Source: a virus (lineage: Duplodnaviria > Caudoviricetes). From it: a DNA stretch of 33,260 nucleotides. The stretch spans positions 1-33,260 of the IMG/VR virus record IMGVR_UViG_3300028629_000440; one strand, given 5' to 3'. The translations under genes were made by a program, and so were the position numbers. Shown piece after piece: positions 14,776 to 24,468 of this stretch (positions are counted from its first letter, which is position 1; each line of letters begins with the position of its first letter). The notes under the pieces are model-generated. The model was given only the letters and a program-made list of their open reading frames with translations, searched no databases and had not been told where the DNA came from.

Positions 14776-17064
14776 ATGGCCTTGAAGTTCTCCTGCGGCA
14801 AGTGCGAAAGACTCTTCCCAGAAGAAGCCTTGGTGGCAGATCCCCAAGGAGGCCCCGACATATGCCCGGCCTGTCTGTCACGCGTTGCTGACAGGCAGAA
14901 TCCCGTTGGTCCTGCAGTCCGCAAAGGCGAAAGCGGAGCCCTCGGTACAGCTCGAACACCAAGTGTGCAGGTGCGTGTCGGCGTTACGCCTCAGTTTGTC
15001 GGACAAGGACAATCGATAGCAGTTGCTGGGTATTCGCTTGCCGATCCGCTCATCTACGTTGCCGATTGCACAATCAACTCGCACTTCGATGCCAGCTTGT
15101 TGTGTTTGAGAAGGCGCATTGATCCGCCGCAACCCGAGCCCCCTAAGTCACTCGGCTACTGGCCGCAGCTCGGCGAACTGAAGCCCTATCAAGTCGGGAT
15201 ATATCTTGAATGGCTTGCTGGCGGCCGAAACGATCCGAATGTGGATATCGGATATGTGTTTCTCTACTTCTATGGGCTTGAGCGGCGCAGTGTGGTTGAC
15301 GGCCAGGACATTGTTGCCATTGGATACGAACTTCTCCGGCTACTGAACACGTATGGTGCTTCAAGGTCCTTCCGGGACTACGCCACTAGCCTACTTATCC
15401 ACCTAGTACTGACCAATCGTCTCAGACCGACCACCAAGCTGATATCGAAGCTCCTTGACCATCAGGACAACCACATTAGCAGTCAACTACTAGCAATGCT
15501 TCTAGGCCATCTTGCGAGGGAACGGAAAGGACTTCCAACCGACTGGGCCTTGCACTTGGCTAAGCAGGATGAGCGGGCCGTAAGGAGCGTAGTAGCCGCC
15601 ACCGTGCCAACAGAACTCATGAAGCTTTTCGGCAAGAAATATGAGAAGGAGTATGGAGATGGGCTGGTCCCACAGCTTAGCGGGGGCACAACCAGCGTCG
15701 AATACCGACCGGCGTCACCGACACTACTCCCAATAATGTGGACTGGCAAGAGGATACTTGCCGAGGAGTGGCCGACGATTATTGGATGGAGGCACCAGTT
15801 TTCAGGAGTTGTCGGCTGCTACAATGAGTGCATTGAAGAACTGAGATCGTATGCAAGGAAGACCAAGACCAGCGGGAAAGACTCGCCACTATCCTACGAA
15901 GCTTTGCCCGCGGCATTGCGGACTGAAACGAAGCACCCTCTGCAAGACGCATGGGATGCCCTCATTGCAGAGTTTGCCCCGGAGAAAGGCCCCATTCTGC
16001 TTCCGATATCGCGTCTTGCCCAGGCCAGAGGCATCGCAAAACGTCCGAAGCTGACGGCTAGTCAGGCTTCCTCCTTGGCAGAACTCGCCGAAGCACTGGG
16101 AAGCGCATTGGAGCCAGATCCTCGATATACGAGAAAGGCCTACACCTGGAATCAGAATGTAGCAGTACTTAGACTTCCAGATAGACCTCTAGTTCCCAAT
16201 GGGCAGAACTATGCGGCGGCAACCATGGTCTTGCGATTGGCACTCGAAATAGCGTCCGCGGATGACACGGTTGATAATAATGAGCGCCAAGCGATAGCCT
16301 CCTTCCTTGCAGAACGTTTCTCTCTTTGTCGTAATGATTGCCTACGACTGGAAGCCTTGATCGCATTGAATGTTGAGGAAGAGTCGTTGCTCGCTGGGCT
16401 AAAGAAGAACCTGGCCAGCTTCGCCGCAGAGCAACGAGAAGCAGTCGCTCGTTTCCTGGTGGAAATCGCTGCCGTTTCGGGTGGTGTAGTGAGTGCAGAA
16501 ATCAAGGCCCTGGAGCGAACGTTCGCCGTCTTGGGTCTGCCGCGTCCACTCGTGATGACGTATCTCCAGGAAATGGGACTGGTCGGTGGTGATACCCCAG
16601 TTCTCGCTCAGCGCGCGACATCGGATTCTGGTGGAGAGCGCATCCCGTCGAGACCACTGGTACTAGACCTGGAGAAGATTCGCCAGAAGCGCCAGGAAAG
16701 CGAGGAAGCGGCAAGGATGCTAGTTTCGGTTATGACGGCCACGGCCGTTGCAGAGGAGGAGCCGGAGGAAGTCTCGAGCCCCGCCAGAGTCAGTACTGTC
16801 GTGGAGCCCGAATCGCGAGATGGGGACACGCTCCATCAACTGGAGGCTTCCTTGCGTGCAGTCTTGTCTGAAGTAGTCGAAAGGCCAACGTGGCCCCGTG
16901 TCGAATTGGATGAGATTGTCAGGAAGCACGGGTTCATGCGCGCCGCAGCTATCGACAGGCTCAATGAGTGGTCGGACGAGCAGTTTGGTGATTTCCTGCT
17001 CCAAGACGGAGACCCTGTGGTCGTGAGCCAGGACATCGCCAGGAAGATCAGGGGGAACTCATGA
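14776..17064 (+). CDS. TerB_N-TerB-TerB_C protein with N-terminal zinc ribbon
   Basis: TerB_N signature LGYWP..YLEWLAGGRNDP..DIGYVFLYFYGLERR. TerB IASADDTVDNNE. TerB_C LDLEKI...AIDRLNEWSDEQFGDFLL. N-terminal CGKC...CPAC. Confidence 0.9.
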   Translation: MALKFSCGKCERLFPEEALVADPQGGPDICPACLSRVADRQNPVGPAVRKGESGALGTARTPSVQVRVGVTPQFVGQGQSIAVAGYSLADPLIYVADCTINSHFDASLLCLRRRIDPPQPEPPKSLGYWPQLGELKPYQVGIYLEWLAGGRNDPNVDIGYVFLYFYGLERRSVVDGQDIVAIGYELLRLLNTYGASRSFRDYATSLLIHLVLTNRLRPTTKLISKLLDHQDNHISSQLLAMLLGHLARERKGLPTDWALHLAKQDERAVRSVVAATVPTELMKLFGKKYEKEYGDGLVPQLSGGTTSVEYRPASPTLLPIMWTGKRILAEEWPTIIGWRHQFSGVVGCYNECIEELRSYARKTKTSGKDSPLSYEALPAALRTETKHPLQDAWDALIAEFAPEKGPILLPISRLAQARGIAKRPKLTASQASSLAELAEALGSALEPDPRYTRKAYTWNQNVAVLRLPDRPLVPNGQNYAAATMVLRLALEIASADDTVDNNERQAIASFLAERFSLCRNDCLRLEALIALNVEEESLLAGLKKNLASFAAEQREAVARFLVEIAAVSGGVVSAEIKALERTFAVLGLPRPLVMTYLQEMGLVGGDTPVLAQRATSDSGGERIPSRPLVLDLEKIRQKRQESEEAARMLVSVMTATAVAEEEPEEVSSPARVSTVVEPESRDGDTLHQLEASLRAVLSEVVERPTWPRVELDEIVRKHGFMRAAAIDRLNEWSDEQFGDFLLQDGDPVVVSQDIARKIRGNS

Positions 17065-18365
17065 TCATCAAACCACGCGAGAAGACGGCCATTCTGCAGA
17101 GCCTCGCTGCTGGCGTTGTGCCGAAGATTGGTCTCCATCTGATCCAGGTCGGCAGGAAACGGGAACTTGAGGCCCTGATTGCCAATCTCATGGCCATCGA
17201 GGATGGTGGCGCAGCGTTCAGGTTTGTGGTGGGCCCTTTCGGAAGCGGGAAGACCTTCTTCCTAAACTTAGTCCGCACGGTTGCCATCGAGCGGAAGTTC
17301 GTAGTGCTGCAGGCAGACATTACTTTGGAGCGCCGGCTGCACAGTACGGGCGGACATGCCCGCGCTTTGTACACGGAGCTAATCCAGAACATGTCCACGA
17401 AGGCCAAACCAGAAGGCGGGGCGATGCCTGGCCTTGTCGAGCGCTTCATTTCCGACATTCATCGGGAAATGGGCGCGAGCTCAGATGCCGCCGCACTGGA
17501 GAAGGAGATCGGTAAGCGCCTGCAGCCGCTTCTGGATATGACTCACGGGTCGAACTTTGTTCGAGTGTTGGCGCGCTATGTTGAGGGATTTGCTTCTCGA
17601 AATGACACCCTTACCAACGCCGCTGTGCGATGGCTGCGCGCCGAGTACACGACCAAGACCGAGGCGCGAGGGGATCTCGGCGTCCGCGACATTGTTGAGG
17701 ACGCACATCTATTTGACATGCTCAAGCTGTGGGCGAGCTTCATCCGCATCGTAGGATATAAGGGCCTTTTCGTGAACATCGATGAGATGGTGGTCCTGTC
17801 TGAACGACTCAACAATGCGGCTTCTCGCGACAAGAACTACGAGGTAATCCTGCAGATGCTTAACGCCTGTTTGCAGGGCAATGTCTGTGGGCTGGGGTGT
17901 TGTCTTGCAGGCACGGACTCTTTTCTGTCAGACAGGCGGCGAGGCCTCTTCAGCTACGAAGCGCTGGCAACCCGCCTCGCGGACAATCCGTTTGCGACCG
18001 CAGGGGCGGCTGACATGAAAGGCCCGGTAATCAAGCTTGATCCTCTTACTCGGGAAGATCTGTTCGTGCTCCTCGAGAGAATTGCCCGAGTTCATGCCGG
18101 CAGTGACGAGGCTAAACCCTTGGTAGATCACGATGGCATTATGAAGTGCATGACCTTTTGCGAAAAACGCCTGGGGGCACAGCACTTCTTGACCCCACGG
18201 GACACGGTCAAGCAGGTTGTCGGGCTTCTCAACGTCATGGAGCAGAATCCAGGAAGGAGTCTGGAATCATTCCTGCAGATCGATGAGCCACCGGCTGCGC
18301 CTCAGCAGCCCGCAAAGCTGGATGGTCCTCAAGACACTGACTCGTTGGCCAAGTTCAAGCTCTAG
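17061..18365 (+). CDS. DUF2791 (BrxD-like) P-loop ATPase
   Basis: ILQSLAAGVVPKIGL..IQVGR start, Walker A GPFGSGKT, Walker B VNIDEM, SYEALATRL. ATGA-coupled to the TerB gene. Confidence 0.92.
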   Translation: MIIKPREKTAILQSLAAGVVPKIGLHLIQVGRKRELEALIANLMAIEDGGAAFRFVVGPFGSGKTFFLNLVRTVAIERKFVVLQADITLERRLHSTGGHARALYTELIQNMSTKAKPEGGAMPGLVERFISDIHREMGASSDAAALEKEIGKRLQPLLDMTHGSNFVRVLARYVEGFASRNDTLTNAAVRWLRAEYTTKTEARGDLGVRDIVEDAHLFDMLKLWASFIRIVGYKGLFVNIDEMVVLSERLNNAASRDKNYEVILQMLNACLQGNVCGLGCCLAGTDSFLSDRRRGLFSYEALATRLADNPFATAGAADMKGPVIKLDPLTREDLFVLLERIARVHAGSDEAKPLVDHDGIMKCMTFCEKRLGAQHFLTPRDTVKQVVGLLNVMEQNPGRSLESFLQIDEPPAAPQQPAKLDGPQDTDSLAKFKL

Positions 18366-18368
18366 CCT

Positions 18369-20606
18369 ATGGCTACCGCCTTCGAAAGGCTGCACCCTCA
18401 CATTCAACACGTCCTATGGGACATGAAGTGGGAGACGCTACGCGATCTGCAGGCCAAGGCCATCGATGCATGGCTTGAGAGGAAGAACGATATCATTCTC
18501 ATGGCCAATACCGCCTCAGGCAAGACCGAAGCTGCCTTCCTGCCTATCCTATCGACATTGGCACCTGACCAGGGCGCCGGTTCCATCAGGGCCATGTACG
18601 TCGGTCCACTCAAGGCGTTGATCAACGACCAATTCAGACGCCTGGAGGATTTGTGCAAGCGCGCCGAGATTCCGGTGCATCGCTGGCACGGCGATGTCGC
18701 TGCCGGAGATAAGAAAGCACTCCTGGAGGCTCCTTCGGGTGTGCTATTGATCACCCCTGAGTCACTGGAATCATTACTCGTGCGTCATGGCCGTGATGCT
18801 CAGCGGCTTTTTGCGCGCTTGGAAGCTGTTGTTATTGACGAGTTGCACGTGTTTCTTGACAGTGAGCGAGGACGACAGCTCTCAAGCCTATTGGCGAGGG
18901 TTGATGAGGCCAGAGGAGGCCTTCGCACGAGGCGTGTGGCCCTGTCGGCAACCATCGGAGACCTCCGCATTGCACAGGAATGGATTACTGATGGGGATCC
19001 GGCCCAATCAGTGATCATACAATCGAACGCATCTCGCGACGTGGAACTGATGCTGAAAACGTTCATCTCCGAGCCGGCTACCGCGAGCATGAAAGTCGAA
19101 GCTGGCAGCGACATGCCGTCGGAGATGGCACCCGTAGCCGATAATGAAGGTGACGGCCTGCTATCCATCGCCGAACACATCATGAATCACTTCTCAGGCA
19201 GTACAAACCTTGTCTTCTTCAACCGAAAGATGGAAATAGAAATTTGTGCCGACTTCCTGAGGCGCCTTTGCGAGAGATCACACAAGCCCAACGAATTCCT
19301 GGTGCACCATGGCTCTCTAAGCAAAGACCTTAGGCTCTACGCGGAGAGGGAGTTACAGTCGGGCCGCCCGTGCACAGCACTCTGCAGCAGCACACTGGAA
19401 CTTGGCATTGACGTGGGCTACGTAGACACTGTCGGTCAAGTCGGGCCGCCACACTCGGTGAGTGCGCTGAAGCAGCGGTTGGGACGCAGTGGGCGCGTGT
19501 CGGGCCGGCCCTCCCGGCTATGGATGTACGTTTCCGTTGAACGTCAGTGCCCTTCTGCTCCACTTCCGGACCGGCTGTACCTGCCGCTCTTGCAGGGAAT
19601 TGCCTTAGTCGAACTCATGCTGGATAAGTGGGTCGAACCTCCCACAGTTCATGGCTCGGACTTGAGCACCCTCATCCAGCAGATTCTGGCAACGATAGCA
19701 CAGAAAGGCGGGGCCCCTGCGACCAGGCTATACGAGGCCATCAATAGGTCCTATGCGTTCAGTAAGATAGGCCAGGAGGCGTTTGCCCAGGTACTCAGAG
19801 ATATCGGTGCTGCCGACCTGATCGAGCAGGTGGCTGATGGCGACCTGATTCTGGGCATCGCCGGTGAGAGGCTAACAAGCCACTATGACTTCTACGCAGC
19901 ATTCGAGTCTCCGGAATCATATGAGGTGCAGCACGCAGGTCGTGCAGTTGGCAGCATTGAAGCCGTAGAAGGATCATATGAGCCCGGACAGTATCTCCTG
20001 CTCGCTGGCAAGCGCTGGCGGATTCTGGAAGTCGATGAGAAGCGCAAGGTCATAGTCGTAGAGCGAGCGCACGGCAAGGGGGCTGTCCGTTGGTCCGGAG
20101 GAGGCGGGCATGTCCATCGGCGCATTCGCGAGAAGATGCTTGAACTCCTGACATCGGAAAGCATTCCTCGCTGGCTAGAGCCCAACTCGATTGAGGTGCT
20201 GTGCTCCGCCCGGGAAGCCGCTAAGGCCTTTGCCTTGGCCAATACACGAATGGGGGTGGAAGGTGATCTTCTTCATCTCTTTACGTGGACAGGCTCTCGT
20301 GGGCAAACAGTCCTGAAGCTTGCCCTGTCTCTTGCTGGCCTTGATGGGGTGCTGGACTTTGGCGCTGGTCTCACGATCCCATCGAGAGCCACCAGTGAGG
20401 ACCAAGTGCGGAGAGCACTCCGCGACTTCGTCGCCTCCGAGCCGAACGCCGATCAGATGGTGTTAGCGGCATTCAGGAATGCACTGCCAAAGTCCGGCAA
20501 GCACGGTGAGTATCTTTCAGGACCACTGCGTGCAAGCACTTACGCATCAGCCAACCTCGATGTGAAGGAGGCAATGACCGCCGCACGCGCCATCCTGGCA
20601 ACGTAG
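18369..20606 (+). CDS. Lhr-like DEAD/DEAH SF2 helicase
   Basis: TASGKT, PLKALINDQ, TPESLE, DELH, SAT, HHGSL, STLELGIDVG, QRLGRSGR. Confidence 0.95.
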   Translation: MATAFERLHPHIQHVLWDMKWETLRDLQAKAIDAWLERKNDIILMANTASGKTEAAFLPILSTLAPDQGAGSIRAMYVGPLKALINDQFRRLEDLCKRAEIPVHRWHGDVAAGDKKALLEAPSGVLLITPESLESLLVRHGRDAQRLFARLEAVVIDELHVFLDSERGRQLSSLLARVDEARGGLRTRRVALSATIGDLRIAQEWITDGDPAQSVIIQSNASRDVELMLKTFISEPATASMKVEAGSDMPSEMAPVADNEGDGLLSIAEHIMNHFSGSTNLVFFNRKMEIEICADFLRRLCERSHKPNEFLVHHGSLSKDLRLYAERELQSGRPCTALCSSTLELGIDVGYVDTVGQVGPPHSVSALKQRLGRSGRVSGRPSRLWMYVSVERQCPSAPLPDRLYLPLLQGIALVELMLDKWVEPPTVHGSDLSTLIQQILATIAQKGGAPATRLYEAINRSYAFSKIGQEAFAQVLRDIGAADLIEQVADGDLILGIAGERLTSHYDFYAAFESPESYEVQHAGRAVGSIEAVEGSYEPGQYLLLAGKRWRILEVDEKRKVIVVERAHGKGAVRWSGGGGHVHRRIREKMLELLTSESIPRWLEPNSIEVLCSAREAAKAFALANTRMGVEGDLLHLFTWTGSRGQTVLKLALSLAGLDGVLDFGAGLTIPSRATSEDQVRRALRDFVASEPNADQMVLAAFRNALPKSGKHGEYLSGPLRASTYASANLDVKEAMTAARAILAT

Positions 20607-20640
20607 TCATTCATGTCCCGACTGCGCAATCGCGTGGTCG

Positions 20641-20678
20641 GCATCGTCTCCGCAAGCATCCTCATTTCCTGTTGGGGC
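20641..20678 (+). repeat. module-boundary repeat, L arm
   Basis: 33/38 identical, ungapped, to 9041-9078. Confidence 0.88.
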
Positions 20679-20833
20679 CACGGCCCGTCCACCATCGAAG
20701 ACTTAGGTTCCGAGCCAGCTGGTTTGTGGCAGTGTGCGGTAACACCATATTGATCCCGAGGCTATCGACACAGCCGGACGCAAGTAGTTCGTCAACGGCC
20801 TTGGCCTCTGCACTATTCAGACATGCACATGCC

Positions 20834-20842
20834 TGCTATGAT
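20834..20842 (+). promoter_or_regulatory. extended -10 promoter of the endonuclease gene
   Basis: TG-c-TATGAT, about 35 nt upstream of ATG 20877. Confidence 0.35.
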
Positions 20843-20876
20843 TTGGGTCTCTTCGTGGGCGGGAAAGGGAGACCTG

Positions 20877-21737
20877 ATGAAGCCAGACCATCGCTTTCAA
20901 GATCTGCCGAAGGCTTTCTGGGCCAACGTCAGGGCCATCAGCCAAGTCGTCGGCTATACGGCGAGCGGCAAGTCCAAAGGCAGGATTAAGATTCCCGATC
21001 TTGCCGAGATGTGTGCGGCACTGAGCGATACGGGTCTTGAATGCACGCACATAGTGAAGAACTGCCAGCCCACACCGATTGGCAAGCTTCTCCACGACTA
21101 CTTCCACTACCGCGCGGAGACGCTCAACAGCTATGTTGAGCCGCGGCTGATGGATGCAAATCGGGCGCGGGACACGTTTCAGAAGCTACGCGCCGAGTTG
21201 AACCCGGGATGTCCGTTGCCGATGAACAAGCAGAAGGGTGCCAAGAAGGCCTCCGCGTTCCTCACCGGCATCGTAAACATGCTGATAGAGACTAATGCCG
21301 CCGGCCTGCCGTGCGACTTTGAGCCGCGCAAGTTGACCACCGTCACCCGAAACGGAGAACTGCTGCGGACGTTTGCCAGATGGGTTGACGGCGCATTCCC
21401 CTCCACCGTCAATCCCGTGGCAGTCTGGGAGATCAAGGAATACTACTACACCACCACCTTTGGGTCTCGCGTTGCGGACGGGGTCTACGAATCCCTCCTG
21501 GACGGCATGGAAATCGAGGAGCTTCGGGAACATGAGGGCATCGACATCAAGCATTATCTGATCGTCGACGCCCACTACACATGGTGGGAGTGTGGCCGGT
21601 CATACCTCTGCCGCTTGATGGACATGTTGCACATGGGTTACGTTGATGAGATTCTGTTCGGGTACGAGACTGTAGAGCGGCTACCGGAAATAGTCAAGGA
21701 GTGGGTGGTCGCTGCACAAGCCAGGCAGGATCAGTAA
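20877..21737 (+). CDS. putative type II restriction endonuclease (PD-(D/E)xK)
   Basis: VDGAFP...VWEIKEYYY catalytic pattern. Adjacent to an MTase. GGGAG RBS before ATG 20877. Confidence 0.8.
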   Translation: MKPDHRFQDLPKAFWANVRAISQVVGYTASGKSKGRIKIPDLAEMCAALSDTGLECTHIVKNCQPTPIGKLLHDYFHYRAETLNSYVEPRLMDANRARDTFQKLRAELNPGCPLPMNKQKGAKKASAFLTGIVNMLIETNAAGLPCDFEPRKLTTVTRNGELLRTFARWVDGAFPSTVNPVAVWEIKEYYYTTTFGSRVADGVYESLLDGMEIEELREHEGIDIKHYLIVDAHYTWWECGRSYLCRLMDMLHMGYVDEILFGYETVERLPEIVKEWVVAAQARQDQ

Positions 21738-22636
21738 GTCAGCAGCAACCTGTCAGCCACAACCTCGTTCTCGAGGCTTTGGCCCTCCATCTGAAACCTC
21801 TTCAACATGCAGCGGCCCGTGGTGACAAGCACTTCTTCCTCAAATAGACCCTCAGGTATCGGCAGATCGCAGAGTTTCCTCCCGGAGCCCTTGGTGCCGT
21901 CAATGCTGAGGGCCACGTAGACCCCTCGGGACTTGCAGCCTGCGATGACTTCGAACAGGTGTCTCAGATCGAAGGACTGGGCGCCGTAGAGAATCGTTTG
22001 ACTATGGCTGTAGGGAGGATCGCAGTAGACCATGTCGCCGCTTTGTGCGCGGGACATTGCTTCCTGGTAGTCCATCCGCTCGAACTGCGCACCGGCAACG
22101 CGCTCATGCCACAGGTCTACCCTCTGAGCGAACTTCTCAGGTGAGATCGGTTCGTGCACACCGCATGGCGTGGAAATGTGCCCATCTGCCTGCCGAAAGC
22201 GGACAACCCCGCCATAGCAGGAACGACTTAGAAACAGCAGGTCCGCGCCGTTGGGCCTAGCGTTATAGGCAGCCTTGACCTGTTCGTAGGCCGCTTCCTT
22301 GGAGGACTTGGCCATGCCCCGCCATCTCTCGGCATACCATGCTTTGAGTTCCTCGGGGCGGTTCTTCAATGTTGCCCATATCTCCATCAATGGGGCAAAG
22401 GCGTCAGAGCCAAGACCGTTCTCTGGCCTCAATGTTGCGAGAACGGCCCCGGTTCCGAGGAAGGGTTCATAGTACTTACCGAAGTTCGCAGGAAAGAAGG
22501 ACACTATCTCGTGGGCGAATCTCTGTTTGTTGCCTACCCACTTGAGCAACTGAGACTTGAAGGGCACTACCATATGCCCAGGCCTACCGAACATGGTCAT
22601 CTGTGCCACTTCGGCTGAATCGGTCCGTGTGCGCAC
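21731..22636 (-). CDS. Dam-family (D12 class) N6-adenine DNA methyltransferase
   Basis: LKWVGNKQR, YYEPFLGTGAV, VYCDPPY. GTG 22636 with AGGAG chosen as start (uncertain). Convergent 7-nt overlap with the REase. Confidence 0.92.
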   Translation of the reverse strand: MRTRTDSAEVAQMTMFGRPGHMVVPFKSQLLKWVGNKQRFAHEIVSFFPANFGKYYEPFLGTGAVLATLRPENGLGSDAFAPLMEIWATLKNRPEELKAWYAERWRGMAKSSKEAAYEQVKAAYNARPNGADLLFLSRSCYGGVVRFRQADGHISTPCGVHEPISPEKFAQRVDLWHERVAGAQFERMDYQEAMSRAQSGDMVYCDPPYSHSQTILYGAQSFDLRHLFEVIAGCKSRGVYVALSIDGTKGSGRKLCDLPIPEGLFEEEVLVTTGRCMLKRFQMEGQSLENEVVADRLLLTY

Positions 22637-22807
22637 GCCCTCTCCTCTCACGCTGATCCTACTCGCGTTCCGAGCGTTGTTCAACTGGTCTTTCGCGCCC
22701 TGGCCTGGAACCGGGAGGTATGTGCGGAGGAGCGTACTACCACGCATTATCATGCTCTTCGGTCTCAAGCATAACGATGGTACGGCAGGATCGATGGCTT
22801 GAGCGGT

Positions 22808-23863
22808 TCACACGTACTCAAACCCCAGCTTCACCATTAGCCCATACATGTGGAAACCGAACTCCGTCCTCCCCGTGGAATAGTAGGTAGCATCGGCTGG
22901 CCGGAAACTGTCGAGATTCGGCGGATACGGGATGATCGCCGGCGAATAGGCTGGGATCACGCCCTTGGCTGGCGGTGCGATGTCCAGGATCATCGTTCCG
23001 TAGCGGAACCAGAAGTAGGTCTCGTCATACAGCGGGATTCCCGCTGGCTGGCCCGCCTGATAGGCGTAGTCGACACCATTCAACCGCACGGTGACGGTGA
23101 ACTCGCCTTGTGTCTTGGTCCACCGCTTGGCGATGTAGACGGGCATCTTGGCTGCCACGATGTCAGGCGCGTAGTTGGGCAGCGGCGCAGCCGCTGCGAA
23201 GGCCCCCGCATCGCTCCACTCGATACCGTATGACAGGCTCCCAGAGAGGCTGTAGCTCTGCAGCAGAAATGATGGGCCTGAACACGCACTGGAGAGCCTG
23301 GACGTGCGTGGCGCCGCGTTCCAGCTTGACTTGGCATTGGCCCATGCAGTGCTCCAGGCCGCACCGAATCCGTAGCCGGAACGACGGTATAGCAGTCCGG
23401 AGAGGTCCATGCAGCTACCCACCGGTCGGAGCCACAGCAGATTGGCCACGGCGTCGCGAACCTCGTTGACGTGGACCGCCTTGATCTTTGTCGCAGGGGT
23501 GCCGGTATACGACTCCTCTCTCTTGCCCACCAGCACCGGATCGGTCCAGTCGCTCTGGCCGATGAACCGTGACAAGAACCCTTCTTTGCCCAGGCCAACC
23601 TGCCACGCCAGTCCAGTGTCAGGATCGTAGTAGTAACTGAGCAGTGTCTCGACGGCCTGGCGCAGCGCACGCATGTTCTCGACAAGGATCTTCTCGTCCT
23701 TGGCCACGAGGGCGAGCGGCGAGATGGCCAGTCCATAGGTGGGGTTGGCTGCAAGGATTCGCTCGTTCACCGCCTCGACAAGCTGGTTCCAGCCACATAG
23801 CCGCTCAGCGTCGGCGTAGATCACCGTCTCCTGGGCGACGGCAGGCCAGCCGGTGAAGCCCAT
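22808..23863 (-). CDS. prophage distal tail / putative receptor-binding protein
   Basis: Last gene of the tail run. ATG 23863 lies just after the upstream stop. KIKAVHVNEVRDAV motif of the type seen in virion proteins. Aromatic, beta-rich C-terminus. Confidence 0.6.
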   Translation of the reverse strand: MGFTGWPAVAQETVIYADAERLCGWNQLVEAVNERILAANPTYGLAISPLALVAKDEKILVENMRALRQAVETLLSYYYDPDTGLAWQVGLGKEGFLSRFIGQSDWTDPVLVGKREESYTGTPATKIKAVHVNEVRDAVANLLWLRPVGSCMDLSGLLYRRSGYGFGAAWSTAWANAKSSWNAAPRTSRLSSACSGPSFLLQSYSLSGSLSYGIEWSDAGAFAAAAPLPNYAPDIVAAKMPVYIAKRWTKTQGEFTVTVRLNGVDYAYQAGQPAGIPLYDETYFWFRYGTMILDIAPPAKGVIPAYSPAIIPYPPNLDSFRPADATYYSTGRTEFGFHMYGLMVKLGFEYV

Positions 23864-23871
23864 GGTCGCGC

Positions 23872-24465
23872 CTACTGGTAGACGATCTCGGACGTTTCCC
23901 CGCCGCCGCCCCCACCGCCGGCCGGGAATCGCACGAGCGCCCACCCCTCGCCGGGGCTGTTCTCGGCCCACAGTATGGCCGCGGTGCCGTCCTTGGAGCT
24001 ACGCAGGCTCTCCGGGCCGTCGCCCACGTCGGCGAACTTGTCCACGTCCTCCCCTTCCTCGGGCTCGGCAATGATGAGCCTTACCGGGGTGATGCCTACA
24101 GCCAGCGCCCGGGCAAGCTTCCCGCCCTTCACCGGTTCCATGAGGACTACGAAGCGTCCCTTGTGGACGTCGGCTGCCGGCGTCACGCCGATCAGTGCCG
24201 GCCGGTTCTTGAACTCGTCGAGGTTGTCGGAGGGGCCGAAGATCGGACCATCGACGCCCAGGATCTCGAAGCGCTCCCGGTCTGCCCCGCTGTCGTTCCG
24301 GACCAACACCACACCGCCAGGCAGCGGAGCGGCCTTCGCGGTCGACGTCTGGTCTCTCTGCCGACGCTTGAAGTCCACCGCGGCGTCGATGAAGGCGTTA
24401 TAGGCCCCGGCCGGGATGCGCAGGCTCTCGCCCGGAGCGACCTTGCGGAGCGCATCCCCGGCCAC
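23872..24465 (-). CDS. prophage minor tail protein (hypothetical)
   Basis: LRKVAPGESLRIPAGAYNAFIDAA...VLVRNDSG. Position in the tail operon, strong host-like codon bias. Confidence 0.75.
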   Translation of the reverse strand: MAGDALRKVAPGESLRIPAGAYNAFIDAAVDFKRRQRDQTSTAKAAPLPGGVVLVRNDSGADRERFEILGVDGPIFGPSDNLDEFKNRPALIGVTPAADVHKGRFVVLMEPVKGGKLARALAVGITPVRLIIAEPEEGEDVDKFADVGDGPESLRSSKDGTAAILWAENSPGEGWALVRFPAGGGGGGGETSEIVYQ

Positions 24466-24468
24466 GGC

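Noticed and set aside
14776-20606. BREX system or tellurite-resistance operon
   Set aside because: No pglZ, brxC or pglX, and no terA/C/D/Z. The TerB domain here belongs to the ATPase-helicase triad.
7210-20678. Boundary repeats as integron attC sites
   Set aside because: The core is GTTGGGGC rather than GTTRRRY, there is no matching RYYYAAC or long attC hairpin, the cassettes are multi-gene and bidirectional, and no intI is visible.
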